From Pyrodictium occultum (GTDB taxonomy: Archaea; Thermoproteota; Thermoprotei_A; Sulfolobales; Pyrodictiaceae), in NCBI RefSeq assembly GCF_001462395.1, contig NZ_LNTB01000001.1, positions 1,110,001 to 1,142,000 on the forward strand: DNA of 32,000 bases, in the 5' to 3' direction. Shown here in pieces: positions 23,288 through 32,000 of the stretch (positions are counted from its first letter, which is position 1; each line of letters opens with the position of its first letter). Both the position numbers and the translations under genes were made by a program. The notes below the pieces were generated by a model. That model searched no databases. It was given only the letters and a program-made list of their open reading frames with translations, and had not been told where the DNA came from.

Positions 23288-23881
23288 TCACCCTGCTCTG
23301 CAGAGGAGCTTGCGCGCCTCCTCGAGTAGGCTGGCCTGCCCCCTACACCTCTCCAGCTCTTTCTCCATTTCCCTCTTCTCGCCCTCGAGTTCCTCGAGCC
23401 GGCTCCTTATCTCCTCGAGCTGCCTCCTGACCTCGTCCACCTCGCTGCACTTCTCCAGCTCCCTCCGCAGCTTCTCGTTCTCCTCCTTGAGCCGCTTCAG
23501 CTCCTCCTCGGCCTCGCTGCAGGCCGGCAGCGTGAAGGGTATCACGAGCTCTAGCTGCCCCCTGGCGAGAATCTCATAGGTCTCCCTGACTATCTTGCCG
23601 GCCTTGGTCTTCCCGCTCAGGTGGGCTCTTATCGTGGTCTCACTCCTCCCAAGCTCCTCGGCTATCTGGCTCACAGTGTATCCAGCCTTCTCGCGGGCTA
23701 GAGCGGCCGCCGCCACAGCGAGGCTGTCAAGCCATGTCGCCCTCTCTAGGGGGTCTCTTATCAGCTCCATTATGTCGGGGCGGTAGAGCGTACCGACGAT
23801 CAGGCCGGTCTCCAGGAGCAGTATCTCCCTTCTCGAGGCCGGCCTTAGAGGCACATTAGCCAGGTCAAGCCTCTCCGGCAA
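23288..23881 (-). CDS. HTH DNA-binding protein with a C-terminal coiled coil
   Basis: The HTH is YTVSQIAEELGRSETTIRAHL. It is followed by about 70 aa of heptad-rich Glu/Lys/Arg/Leu sequence (EEELKRLKEENEKLRRELEK...LEELEGEKREMEKELER). Confidence 0.55.
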   Translation of the reverse strand: MPERLDLANVPLRPASRREILLLETGLIVGTLYRPDIMELIRDPLERATWLDSLAVAAAALAREKAGYTVSQIAEELGRSETTIRAHLSGKTKAGKIVRETYEILARGQLELVIPFTLPACSEAEEELKRLKEENEKLRRELEKCSEVDEVRRQLEEIRSRLEELEGEKREMEKELERCRGQASLLEEARKLLCRAG

Positions 23882-23968
23882 GCGTCTCCTCGCCCAGGCT
23901 CCACCTGGTGGAAAGCCCGAGGGTTAACGTTCTAGAGGGCCCTTGCCCATGCCAGCAGGGCTGCGGTG

Positions 23969-24406
23969 CTACAGTATGTTGCAGCACTTGGGGTTCTTGC
24001 AGCATGGATCGCTGCCTGCCCCGCATTTAGCCCTGACCCACTCGCGTAGCATTGAGGCAGCCCTCTCGTCAAGCGCCATCAGGCCGCCTATGAGGTAGCT
24101 GTTGGCGTGGCAGTAGCCCTCTCTTCTAAGCATCTTGGTTAGTGGTGACACTATGGACTTTACGAGTATGAGCCAGAGATTCCAGTCCGGCAGCTCGTAC
24201 ATCTCCTTGGTGTTCTTTACACCGTATGTCTCCAGGGCTTCTTCGACAATAGCTATGGCTTTAGCAGCTACTTGGCCGGGGACCTTGGCCGCCCTCAGGC
24301 TGGTGCGCACAGCCTCAATCAACTGCAATGCCTTGTCCCCGTCTTTTGCCCGCTGGAGACCGCTGAAACCTATATAATCAAGCTTACTCCAGGGCTTAGC
24401 CCTCAC
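23969..24406 (-). CDS. hypothetical protein with a Cys-rich C-terminal tail
   Basis: 145-aa helical protein ending in CGAGSDPCCKNPKCCNIL (five Cys in the last 18 residues). Confidence 0.45.
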   Translation of the reverse strand: MRAKPWSKLDYIGFSGLQRAKDGDKALQLIEAVRTSLRAAKVPGQVAAKAIAIVEEALETYGVKNTKEMYELPDWNLWLILVKSIVSPLTKMLRREGYCHANSYLIGGLMALDERAASMLREWVRAKCGAGSDPCCKNPKCCNIL

Positions 24407-24481
24407 CGGGGGATGATAGGTAAAGGCCTCTACGGACTTGGAGGGCGATGGCGACGCTTTAGGCCGTTGACCCCGCGCCGG

Positions 24482-24877
24482 CTAGAGCGCTATACTCTTC
24501 AGGGTTCTATAAATCTCGTAGAACGCCGACCTTATGCTGGCAGGTACGGAGGCACCGTGCCCGGCCACCATCTTGTAGTAGGCTTGGTCTGCTATGTGGT
24601 AGGCGCGCACAAGTGTCTGGAGCCCTGGCTCGCCGCTGCACGCTAGCGATCTGATTCTATTGACCACGTCTGCCACGGCTTCCAGCTCATCCAGGACACG
24701 GGATAAAGTAGCCTTCATCCCCTCCGTGCCGGGCCTCTCCTTAAGCTCAGAGAGCTTGGCCGAGTAGCTGGCGCGGTAGCGCTCAAGGCTGTTAGAGAGC
24801 GCTTCCAGCTGCGCGCATAGGCCTAGCAGCTCAGCCCTAAGCCTAAATCCCATGAAGCCTCCAGCCCCTAGGTGCAA
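24482..24877 (-). CDS. hypothetical helical protein
   Basis: 131-aa ORF, first gene of the minus-strand cluster 24877-22847. No motif recognised. Confidence 0.4.
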   Translation of the reverse strand: MHLGAGGFMGFRLRAELLGLCAQLEALSNSLERYRASYSAKLSELKERPGTEGMKATLSRVLDELEAVADVVNRIRSLACSGEPGLQTLVRAYHIADQAYYKMVAGHGASVPASIRSAFYEIYRTLKSIAL

Positions 24878-24984
24878 GCTATCCCGGAGTTAATATGGTG
24901 GAGAGGAGTTAGGGGCGATAATAACGCGGGGCATCTATCAGTCATACGCGTCTTGAGTAATTCTAGATGCTCAAAGACTAACCC

Positions 24985-24993
24985 CTATATAAG
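24985..24993 (+). promoter_or_regulatory. TATA-box-like element
   Basis: The sequence ctatataag lies about 40 nt upstream of the proposed GTG start at 25034. Confidence 0.3.
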
Positions 24994-25033
24994 GGTGTGG
25001 GCTCCTGGTTATAAGCCCCGGAGGAGTGGAGCC

Positions 25034-25351
25034 GTGCCGGCCAGCCCCAAGCAGAACAACTTCAACGACAGCTCTAGTGGTAGAGAGACCTATGTGTACA
25101 ACAAGGACATAGTTCTCCATAAGCTCTACGAGGACGATGAGGTGGTTGTAGTTGTCGCTCCCAACGAGGATCAGTTGAGAGACATTATCCTCCGGCTCCT
25201 ACGTGAAAGGCCTATGACCGTACGTGAGCTGCACTCAATCCTCTCTGGCCTGGCTAGCGAGGACAAGATACGCTACGCGTTAAACAGGCTCGCGGAGGAG
25301 GGTATAGTAGAAAGCGACGAGGAGGGTAGGTACTACGCATACTACGTATAG
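25034..25351 (+). CDS. small winged-helix DNA-binding protein
   Basis: The C-terminal 70 aa read LRDIILRLLRERPMTVRELHSILSGLASEDKIRYALNRLAEEGIVESDEEGRYY (wHTH). The start is uncertain (GTG 25034 or GTG 25094), and the ORF-track start at 24872 lies upstream of the TATA-like element. Confidence 0.5.
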   Translation: MPASPKQNNFNDSSSGRETYVYNKDIVLHKLYEDDEVVVVVAPNEDQLRDIILRLLRERPMTVRELHSILSGLASEDKIRYALNRLAEEGIVESDEEGRYYAYYV

Positions 25352-25445
25352 GCTTATGTTTTCCCAGGAGAAGTTTCACCCATCTTATCCATCTATGGCT
25401 CCATGTGGTCTGGCAAAACTTTCATGGTAACTCTTTTGAGAAGAG

Positions 25446-25877
25446 GTGGTTGTAGTAGAGCAGCCTAACCCGGGGCCTCCGATGCAGCCGCTGGTAGCCG
25501 GCTACCTAAGCCTAGCCTTCTGGGCGGCAGCCTACATGACCATGCACGAGCTGCTCCACTACGCGGCGGCCAGGTTACTAGGCTACAGCGCACGCTTCAG
25601 CATAGATACTGATGGAATGTTGCCATCGCCCTCAGTGTTCATAGAGGACGAGATCCAGGGGGTTAGGAGGATGGCTGTGCTATATGCTCCCTACATATTT
25701 AACATGGCTGCGATAGTTGCGCCGGCCCCTCTGCCGCTCAGACTCATAGCCCTACTCACGCTGCCCAATGCAGTCCTCGAGGAGAGGAGGAGCAGGTCAT
25801 CGGCGATGCTTGCCACAAGCATCACGGCGGCAACGGCTTTGCTAGCTGCTACGTATTTTGCAGGGCTATATTCATAA
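25446..25877 (+). CDS. putative membrane zincin-like protein (HExxH)
   Basis: 143 aa with hydrophobic helices and HELLH inside the first TM segment. Confidence 0.45.
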   Translation: MVVVEQPNPGPPMQPLVAGYLSLAFWAAAYMTMHELLHYAAARLLGYSARFSIDTDGMLPSPSVFIEDEIQGVRRMAVLYAPYIFNMAAIVAPAPLPLRLIALLTLPNAVLEERRSRSSAMLATSITAATALLAATYFAGLYS

Positions 25878-25925
25878 GCTAAAAATTTAGATGGTTCAAG
25901 GCTCGTGAACAGCTATAGACCGTAT

Positions 25926-26240
25926 TTAGACGGATAAAGTGAGGTCTAGGAAGTCCATGGGCAGGGGCCTGCCCTTGGCCTTTAGCTCGTCGTACTTCCG
26001 GGACAGCCATTCTATGAACACCGGGCAGCCGTCGAACTTGCCGTCACGCTCACACTTCTCGCCGAGCTTGAGGAAGCACTTGCCTGTACGCTTATCATAG
26101 TAGGGGCACATTTTATGATACTGTTTGGCGCTGCGTATCATACGTGCTATCCATCTCTTCTTAGGGTCCTTGCGCTCCTTCTCCTCCGCCTGGCTGAGAA
26201 TCTTATCGAGCTCCTCGTTGGATATGCGTGTGCCCGCCAA
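25926..26240 (-). CDS. Cys-rich protein with one CPxY-type four-Cys module
   Basis: CPYYDKRTGKCFLKLGEKCERDGKFDGCPVF is the same module as in 22847-23257, preceded by a basic helical N-terminus. Confidence 0.55.
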   Translation of the reverse strand: MAGTRISNEELDKILSQAEEKERKDPKKRWIARMIRSAKQYHKMCPYYDKRTGKCFLKLGEKCERDGKFDGCPVFIEWLSRKYDELKAKGRPLPMDFLDLTLSV

Positions 26241-26469
26241 GGCTATGCACCCCGCTACTGGCCCGGCGCCACGGCGCCGGGGGCGGCACCAATGTTAAAA
26301 ATGGCTCACACCTCGCCTAATTGTGCCATGCCGTATCTGCATCATTTTAAATCCCTACCCACGGCGGCTTAATTATGTTGCGGAGGAGACACATGTTATT
26401 CTAGCCTGCGCAGCCGGTTGCTGCGCGGGGCACAGGGGCTGCAGTCCTTTGCAGAGGCCTAGGGGAGAA

Positions 26470-27474
26470 GTGGCGGTAGTAGGGGCCGGTGTTGCAGGCT
26501 CAGTGCTGGCTACGCTACTCCAGGCTAAGGGCATAAGCACCGTAGTCTATGACATTACTCCTTCCTACCGGAAGCCATGCGGTGAAGCAGTGCCTGCGGG
26601 ACTGCTCGACCAGGACTGGCCCGAGGCGGTTGAAAAGCCTAGGATCCTCAATGTCATCAAGAGGTTTATATTCATGGTTGATGCTGAGGTTGTGAGAGTA
26701 TACGAGTCTAAGAGGCCAGTATGGTACACGATAGATAAGAGCCGCTGGATAGATGGCCTACGTAGCCGGCTCAACGTGGTGAGCAAGCCTGTGGATCCCG
26801 AGAGCCTCCTGGATAGCCACAGCCTCGTAGCCGATGCACGGGGCCCATTCTCCTCCAAGGGGGTGAAGATACCCGTTTGGAGAGCCTATGCAGACAATCC
26901 GGGCATCGATGGCGAGTCTGTATACCTCATCTTCCTGCCGGGGAGACTTGGCCTCGCGTGGGTGTTCCCTCACGGCCATATGCTCAACATAGGCGGAGGC
27001 TTTATGGACGTGAAAAACCCGAGAGAAGTATCGGTGAAGCTCGTATCCAAGGCTCTCGGCCAGCTGCCGAAGCTACGTGGAGAGGCCTACTCGCTGGTGA
27101 CAGTCTTTCCACGCATAGAGCTCCTCACGAGAAGCGGTGTAGTGAAGACGGGTGAGGCGGCGGGCCTAGTGATGAGTCTTGGAGGGGAGGGAATACGCCC
27201 GGCAGTCCTCTCGGCAAGAGCTCTTGCCGATGCGGTATCGCTAGACGATGATGGCAGGCCGTTTCTGGACGCGAGGAGGTACAGGGAGGGGGTAAGAAGC
27301 CTTTCAATAGAGTCTAGGACCCACTCGCTCATGCTGCTCGCGGCCTCCGCGCTGGGTAAAATGGGCGTGGAGAGAATTCTCAGCAAGGCGCCCGAAGACT
27401 TGATAAAGACATGGCTTGAAGGCAGGCTCCGCGGGCCACACTACCTGGTAAAAGGCATTACAGCGCTGCTATGA
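26470..27474 (+). CDS. FAD-dependent oxidoreductase, geranylgeranyl reductase family
   Basis: The Rossmann motif VAVVGAGVAGSVLATLL is followed by KPCGEAVP, which is typical of archaeal GGR-like enzymes. Start proposed at GTG 26470; the ORF-track start at 26323 adds an implausible Cys-rich leader. Confidence 0.65.
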   Translation: MAVVGAGVAGSVLATLLQAKGISTVVYDITPSYRKPCGEAVPAGLLDQDWPEAVEKPRILNVIKRFIFMVDAEVVRVYESKRPVWYTIDKSRWIDGLRSRLNVVSKPVDPESLLDSHSLVADARGPFSSKGVKIPVWRAYADNPGIDGESVYLIFLPGRLGLAWVFPHGHMLNIGGGFMDVKNPREVSVKLVSKALGQLPKLRGEAYSLVTVFPRIELLTRSGVVKTGEAAGLVMSLGGEGIRPAVLSARALADAVSLDDDGRPFLDARRYREGVRSLSIESRTHSLMLLAASALGKMGVERILSKAPEDLIKTWLEGRLRGPHYLVKGITALL

Positions 27475-27497
27475 TTTTGAGAAGCGGCTGGAAAGCT

Positions 27498-28109
27498 CTA
27501 CCCGGAGCCTATAGTCTCCATAACCCTCTTTAGATGTGCGTGTACCTCGCTTGGAGTTAAGAACTCTGCACTCTCCTTCACTACCAGCTCCAGCCTGTAC
27601 GTGTTCATCTTCTCGTCATAGCTTATGGTTGCACTTAGCTTATCGCCGGGGAGCTTTACAAGCAGCTTCCTCCCCTTCTCATCCTTCTCGATTTTAGCAC
27701 CAAGCTTTTCGAGATCCTTCAGAATGGAGTAGAGCGTGTCCAGTTTGTCCTCCCCCTTCTTCCCTCCAGCCTCTAGCTCCCTGAGCCTTGCATCAATAGC
27801 ATCGACGACCTCTGGTATGTCACTGTAGACTTTCCGCGCCTCCTCCAGTATCCGCCGGAGCAGCTCTAGCCCCTGGCCGCTGCGGTCGGAGCGTGCAATG
27901 GTTATCAAATCGTCGAAGTCGCGGCTGCGCAGGTAGTCTGCGAGTCTCTTCACATCGCCCCCAAACGCGTTGAACTTGTACTTGTCCTCGGCGCTACCTA
28001 CTGCTCGACGTATATCATCCAACAGCTGCCTGGGAGCATTAGACTCGGCTAGTATCCTATTCACTATGTGTCGGAGGAAGTCCAGCCGCCTACGCTGCTG
28101 CAGAGCCAT
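27498..28109 (-). CDS. hypothetical protein
   Basis: 203-aa ORF, helical N-terminal half and beta-rich C-terminal half. No motif recognised. Confidence 0.5.
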   Translation of the reverse strand: MALQQRRRLDFLRHIVNRILAESNAPRQLLDDIRRAVGSAEDKYKFNAFGGDVKRLADYLRSRDFDDLITIARSDRSGQGLELLRRILEEARKVYSDIPEVVDAIDARLRELEAGGKKGEDKLDTLYSILKDLEKLGAKIEKDEKGRKLLVKLPGDKLSATISYDEKMNTYRLELVVKESAEFLTPSEVHAHLKRVMETIGSG

Positions 28110-28272
28110 ACGCGTTCCCCAGAATACCGTTGGTTATAGAACTCGTAAGTACTCTAAATAATCTACTCTTCGGCATTCGGAGCGGCTTCATACCCTCCTT
28201 CCTGGCCAGGGGCCATTATAGCTCTTCAAGCCGCTCCTTACTGGATAGGGTATCGGGGGTGCGGCATCCCCC

Positions 28273-28776
28273 TTGCCTGCTACCGGCGAGAGCCCCCGGA
28301 TACATGTCGTGGACATACCTGTGCCGGAGGGGACCAATGTAATAGTGGGCCAGGCCCACTTCATAAAGACCGTTGAGGACTTGTACGAGGCCCTTGTAAC
28401 CAGTGCCCCCGGGATAAAGTTTGGGCTGGCATTCTGCGAGGCCAGCCAGAAGAGGCTAATACGCTACGAAGGCAACGATGAGGGGCTTGAGAAGCTGGCG
28501 ATAGAGGCCGCTAGGAGAATAGCTGCAGGCCACGTGTTCGTCATATACATTAAGGACGCGTGGCCCATAAACGTGCTTAATGCCATAAAGAACGTGCAGG
28601 AGGTAGTCACGATATTCGCCGCCACTGCTAACCCACTCCAGGTCCTCGTCGCGGAGACGAGCCAAGGAAGGGGGGTCATAGGGGTAGTGGATGGCTATAC
28701 CCCGGTAGGGGTTGAAACAGAGGAGGATCGTGCAGAGAGAAGAGCCTTCCTGAGAAAGATAGGCTACAAGAAGTAG
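28273..28776 (+). CDS. adenosine-specific kinase family protein (PAE2307-like)
   Basis: [56 protein letters not shown] and FAATANP match my memory of this conserved archaeal family. TTG start. Confidence 0.65.
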   Translation: MPATGESPRIHVVDIPVPEGTNVIVGQAHFIKTVEDLYEALVTSAPGIKFGLAFCEASQKRLIRYEGNDEGLEKLAIEAARRIAAGHVFVIYIKDAWPINVLNAIKNVQEVVTIFAATANPLQVLVAETSQGRGVIGVVDGYTPVGVETEEDRAERRAFLRKIGYKK

Positions 28777-28945
28777 GCGGCGGCCCTCAAGGCCCGGCTG
28801 ATTCTTCACCGGGAAGGCACCTTTTCTTCAGACCCGCCGTAGGTTGGCATGGAGGTTCGTCTTCACGGGGCCGCCGGTGTAGCCGGTGGCAGGCCGCCCC
28901 TATAGATACTAGCCTGAGGCTCCAGGGCATCTATTACCAGAGGCT

Positions 28946-29479
28946 GTGATATGCCGTACTCCGACCCGGGGGGCTGACATGGGTAGAGCAGGTACTGTGG
29001 CCCGGCTATACCATGCGTTTGACGCCAGTATAGCTGGTGTACGGCTAACACTGCTTAGGCTAGAGAAGGAGATAGAGCTTGGTAGCGCTGAGGTTCTCGA
29101 CGCGGTAAGCGATCTACGCGAAAGATACGCTAACACGCCAGGCTACGTAGTGGAGGTGGTGAGGTATAACAAGCGTGGAGAGGAAGTCGAGGCGTCAGTG
29201 TTCGCCACTGTTGTGGGAACGGTGTTGTTCCCGCGTCCAGCCCGCCTCATAGTGGTGCGCGTTATAGAGGAGGAGCTCAGGGGGAGCCGGCCGCTCCAGC
29301 CCCTCCCCGCCGTGAAGCCTCCCGGGGAGCTCTACATATCTCTAGGGAGGATTGAGCTCCCGGAGGGAGTGTGGGGAGTTATACTAGAGACCGATCGCGG
29401 CGTAAGACTTGTGTCTAGAGACATGCTGGCGGGGGTGAAGAAAGACTCCAGTGGCGAGCCCGGATCCTCTGGAGCCTAG
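28946..29479 (+). CDS. hypothetical protein
   Basis: 177-aa ORF with an alternative start at Met12. No motif recognised. Confidence 0.4.
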   Translation: MICRTPTRGADMGRAGTVARLYHAFDASIAGVRLTLLRLEKEIELGSAEVLDAVSDLRERYANTPGYVVEVVRYNKRGEEVEASVFATVVGTVLFPRPARLIVVRVIEEELRGSRPLQPLPAVKPPGELYISLGRIELPEGVWGVILETDRGVRLVSRDMLAGVKKDSSGEPGSSGA

Positions 29480-29527
29480 GAGGCGATGAGCGGGCTCCAC
29501 CCCTACAGACCCTTCCACATGTCCTCC

Positions 29528-29845
29528 CTAGGTGTTCTTCAGCCTCCAGAGATAGGCTTCCAGCTCGCTTCTAACCATGTCGTATATGCTGTCCAGGTGA
29601 ACCCTCCTTATGTGGAGGTAGAGGCCCTTCCGGGTAAATGGCCCTCTGCCGCATATCCTGCAGCGGAGAGTCTCCCCATCGTCGATTATGAGTTGCTCGG
29701 CCACCCTCTCCACTATCTCCTTGCCCACCTCCTGGAGGCTTGAAGGCACATCGCTGAGACTATAACTAAGCCCTGTGGCCCTTCTTATAGCTGCCTCGGC
29801 GAGCTTGCTGACTACGTAGACGAGGTCCAGCCTGGCATACCCCAC
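29528..29845 (-). CDS. C2H2 zinc-finger protein
   Basis: CRICGRGPFTRKGLYLHIRRVH fits Cx2Cx12Hx4H with the conserved aromatic and Leu positions. Confidence 0.6.
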   Translation of the reverse strand: MGYARLDLVYVVSKLAEAAIRRATGLSYSLSDVPSSLQEVGKEIVERVAEQLIIDDGETLRCRICGRGPFTRKGLYLHIRRVHLDSIYDMVRSELEAYLWRLKNT

Positions 29846-29848
29846 GGC

Positions 29849-30430
29849 CTAGCCCCTCGGCGGCACTATTAGTGCTGTAAGGATTAACCCGCGCAGCTCC
29901 CTGCAGCCGGCCCTAGCGGCTCTGCCCCTAAGCTCTTCGGCGGCCTCTCTACTGAATTCCAGCGCCTCCAGTATATCTTCAAACATCTCTCTAAGCATCT
30001 CCACGTCACATGTGTCCGAGGCTAGGTACTCCAGTGCTGCCGCGAAGTGCTCCTCCCCCCAGGCGTCCACGAGATGTGCAGCATCCCTCTTCTTCATCGA
30101 TGCCAGTACCGCGGTGTTCTCGGTATACTCGGCGTCGACGTGCCGGGAATAATTGGCAATCAGCGTGTAGAAATGGTCCCTGCACTCGGTGCAGGGTATG
30201 CCAAGCCCGTCGAGGGCTGAGCTTATGGAGGCCACCACGGCTATGTCCCGCGCCAGGCTCGTAGCTTCCTGGCTTGTGTCTATACTCCTGGGCAGCTGCC
30301 CGAGCGATGTGGCTTGGAGATCCGTTCCAGCTGTGGACACGAGGCCCTCCCCGAGGATAAATGGCTGAGGTAATGCCGTAGGGATAGCTCTACGGGGCTG
30401 GTAACACTCGGCCCCAGGGTCCTGCTCCAT
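29849..30430 (-). CDS. hypothetical protein
   Basis: 193-aa ORF ending 3 nt before the zinc-finger gene, so the two are a probable operon. The N-terminal about 50 aa are low-complexity, so the real start may be internal. Confidence 0.4.
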   Translation of the reverse strand: MEQDPGAECYQPRRAIPTALPQPFILGEGLVSTAGTDLQATSLGQLPRSIDTSQEATSLARDIAVVASISSALDGLGIPCTECRDHFYTLIANYSRHVDAEYTENTAVLASMKKRDAAHLVDAWGEEHFAAALEYLASDTCDVEMLREMFEDILEALEFSREAAEELRGRAARAGCRELRGLILTALIVPPRG

Positions 30431-30592
30431 GGGAAGGGGTCCGCTGGACTAGGATTCTTCACCGCCCCAGGAGGCAGCGGCCCCCCGGGCCTCAAACCGG
30501 GTTTATCTCGTCATCCCCTGGCCTAGAGGGGTGGTGGCCGAGGCAGATTAGGGGGCTTGTCTTCTCCGTTAACCCGGGGAGAGGAAGCCACT

Positions 30593-31327
30593 ATGCAGCT
30601 AGTGTGTATAAGATGCGGCAGGCCGCTAGTTGAGGGAGGGAGTGTAGGCCCCCTCTGCCTGGAGTGCTTCATCGAAACCCATAGGATCCTATGCGTCCCC
30701 GAGCGGCTAGAATTCGACTACTGCAGGTACTGCGGGTCTATCAGGATTGGGTATAAATGGGTCGAGGGGGGAGAGCTAGGTGAGGCCTCGGCAAAATTTC
30801 TTGAACGCCACCTCAGCGAGCATGTAGAGCCCTGCGTTAAGGAGGTTGAGAGCTTCCGCCTCGAGTCCGTGGAGCCTCTCACAGCTCCCTCTTGGCGTAC
30901 AATGTACAGGGTGGTCTTCTCCGCCAGGCTACGGGGTGTCGATAGAGCGGTAAGGGTGAGCTACACCGTTGAGGTGAGGGCTAAGCCAACCATATGCCCG
31001 GCTTGTAAGGACGCGCGCGGAGGCGATTACAACGTCCTCCTCCAGGTGAGGGGTGAGAAGCCTGCAAAGCTGGCAAAGGTTTTATCACCACTGTTGGAGT
31101 CTAGCAGGCAGCTCGCCAACTCTATAGTAGATATAGTGGAGTATGGTGATGGTGTAGACTTCCTGCTTCTAGACCGTGGCAGTGCATCTAAGATAGTACG
31201 GCAGCTTAGGAAGTACTATCGCGTCCGCCTCGGCGCCACTGGCGAGGATGTTGGCATAACCTCCCGAGGCAGGCTAAGGAGGCGCCTCGTATTATCTCTC
31301 CACCTGCTCGAGGAGAGGCGGAGATGA
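30593..31327 (+). CDS. NMD3-family protein (archaeal homologue of the 60S export adaptor)
   Basis: Start at ATG 30593. N-terminal Cys pairs are CIRCG...CLEC...CRYCG, and later CPAC, typical of the NMD3 N-terminal domain. Confidence 0.7.
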   Translation: MQLVCIRCGRPLVEGGSVGPLCLECFIETHRILCVPERLEFDYCRYCGSIRIGYKWVEGGELGEASAKFLERHLSEHVEPCVKEVESFRLESVEPLTAPSWRTMYRVVFSARLRGVDRAVRVSYTVEVRAKPTICPACKDARGGDYNVLLQVRGEKPAKLAKVLSPLLESSRQLANSIVDIVEYGDGVDFLLLDRGSASKIVRQLRKYYRVRLGATGEDVGITSRGRLRRRLVLSLHLLEERRR

Positions 31328-31638
31328 GCGACGAGCTGGACTACGTGCCCGAGGATGTACTTAAGGAGGTGCTGGAGGCTGAGCGGGAGATACTTCCTAG
31401 GCGTAGAAGGAGGATGAAGCCCTACCCGAGCTCACGCGACTTGGTGGAGGCTGTGATAGAGGCGGTTAGGAGCTTCAGCGGCCATCCTGACGGGCTCCCC
31501 GAGTACGTGCTGCGGATACTTGAGGAGAAGGGGTTCGAAACCAGGCATGTCACTATAAAGCGCATATGGCGCACTTACGAGGCTCTCGTCCGAAGGGGCG
31601 TGATAGGCGACCGCCTGGGAGTTCTTGAGCCGGAGTAG
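31324..31638 (+). CDS. hypothetical protein
   Basis: 104-aa ORF whose ATG overlaps the NMD3-like stop (ATGA), indicating translational coupling. Confidence 0.5.
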   Translation: MSDELDYVPEDVLKEVLEAEREILPRRRRRMKPYPSSRDLVEAVIEAVRSFSGHPDGLPEYVLRILEEKGFETRHVTIKRIWRTYEALVRRGVIGDRLGVLEPE

Positions 31639-31722
31639 CTGCGTTATTCGGGTGGCACTCATAATCCTTGGTGGGCATCCTTAATACTATAGGTCAAGCT
31701 ACAACTAAAGGTGGGGGGCGAT

Positions 31723-32000
31723 TTGAGGGTGCTGATAAGGCATGGCGACGTCTGGCTACTACTCAAGGAGGTATACACTATCCAGCGGGGGAGGCGTAGA
31801 AGAGGCAGGCAGAGGACGCGCAGCGCAGCGCCTTACGGGATGGTTGCTGAGAGCGTTGAGAAGCCTCCAGTGAATGGTATGAAGTATAGCGGCTACGTAG
31901 AAGTGCCTGCTACTAAGGTTAGCAGGTTCGCTACAAAGATGCATATGGCTGAGGGCAATGCGGTCATAGCTATAGAGCCGGATGGTCTGGACAGCTACAA
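31723..32000 (+). CDS. partial ORF running off the window end
   Basis: The frame is open from TTG 31723 (LRVLIRHGDVWLLLKEVYTIQRG...) to position 32000 with no stop. It is absent from the ORF track, presumably because it is truncated. Confidence 0.3.
   Translation, partial: MRVLIRHGDVWLLLKEVYTIQRGRRRRGRQRTRSAAPYGMVAESVEKPPVNGMKYSGYVEVPATKVSRFATKMHMAEGNAVIAIEPDGLDSY

Noticed and set aside
23969-23985. The C-terminal CNIL of the 145-aa protein as a CaaX prenylation box, tempting because a geranylgeranyl-reductase-like gene lies 2 kb away.
   Set aside because: Asn is not aliphatic, CaaX prenylation is not established in archaea, and the GGR-family enzyme reduces isoprenoid chains rather than transferring them. 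A Cys-rich metal-binding tail is the simpler reading.
28801-30463. An exact 12-mer, gattcttcaccg, occurring at 28801 and 30452.
   Set aside because: Exact 12-mers are expected by chance many times in a 32-kb window, and there is no extended similarity around them.

Overview
The window looks like chromosome from a GC-rich (by eye roughly 55-60% GC) hyperthermophilic crenarchaeon, probably Desulfurococcales-like. Support: AGG/AGA Arg and ATA Ile codon bias, many GTG/TTG starts, and AglB, aRF1, NMD3, Nre, an ESCRT-III-like protein and a C/D-box sRNA candidate. All product calls come from motif recognition by eye; no database search was possible.

Layout:
- 1-10.7 kb: housekeeping genes (OTCase, AglB, NMNAT plus an NAD-kinase-like gene, an M50 protease, AlaX).
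- 10.8-19.0 kb: accessory segment.
- 19-32 kb: housekeeping genes (Nre, aRF1, geranylgeranyl-reductase-like, adenosine-specific-kinase family, NMD3-like) mixed with small uncharacterised genes.

The accessory segment has two parts:
1. A gene for a protein with two winged-helix domains (10804-11583), followed by a 2.2-kb essentially gene-free region packed with AT-rich islands, a palindrome cluster, several different tandem duplications, and two near-identical 64-bp box pairs in inverted, permuted order. I read this as a candidate replication origin of the WhiP/oriC3 captured-element kind.
2. A roughly 5-kb integrase-bearing island: a Mig-like T:G mismatch glycosylase, a candidate PD-(D/E)xK restriction endonuclease, a cytosine-5 DNA methyltransferase translationally coupled to a ribbon-helix-helix gene, and an SSV/pNOB8-type tyrosine integrase.

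Other points:
- A well-formed C/D-box sRNA candidate sits at the island's right edge.
- Four reading-frame breaks in three genes all fall at short G/C runs, so sequence error and real decay cannot be told apart here.
- A four-Cys module (CP[WFY]x...C...C...C[PQ][FV][YF]) occurs three times in two small proteins at 22.8-26.2 kb.
- I found no tRNA, rRNA or CRISPR array.
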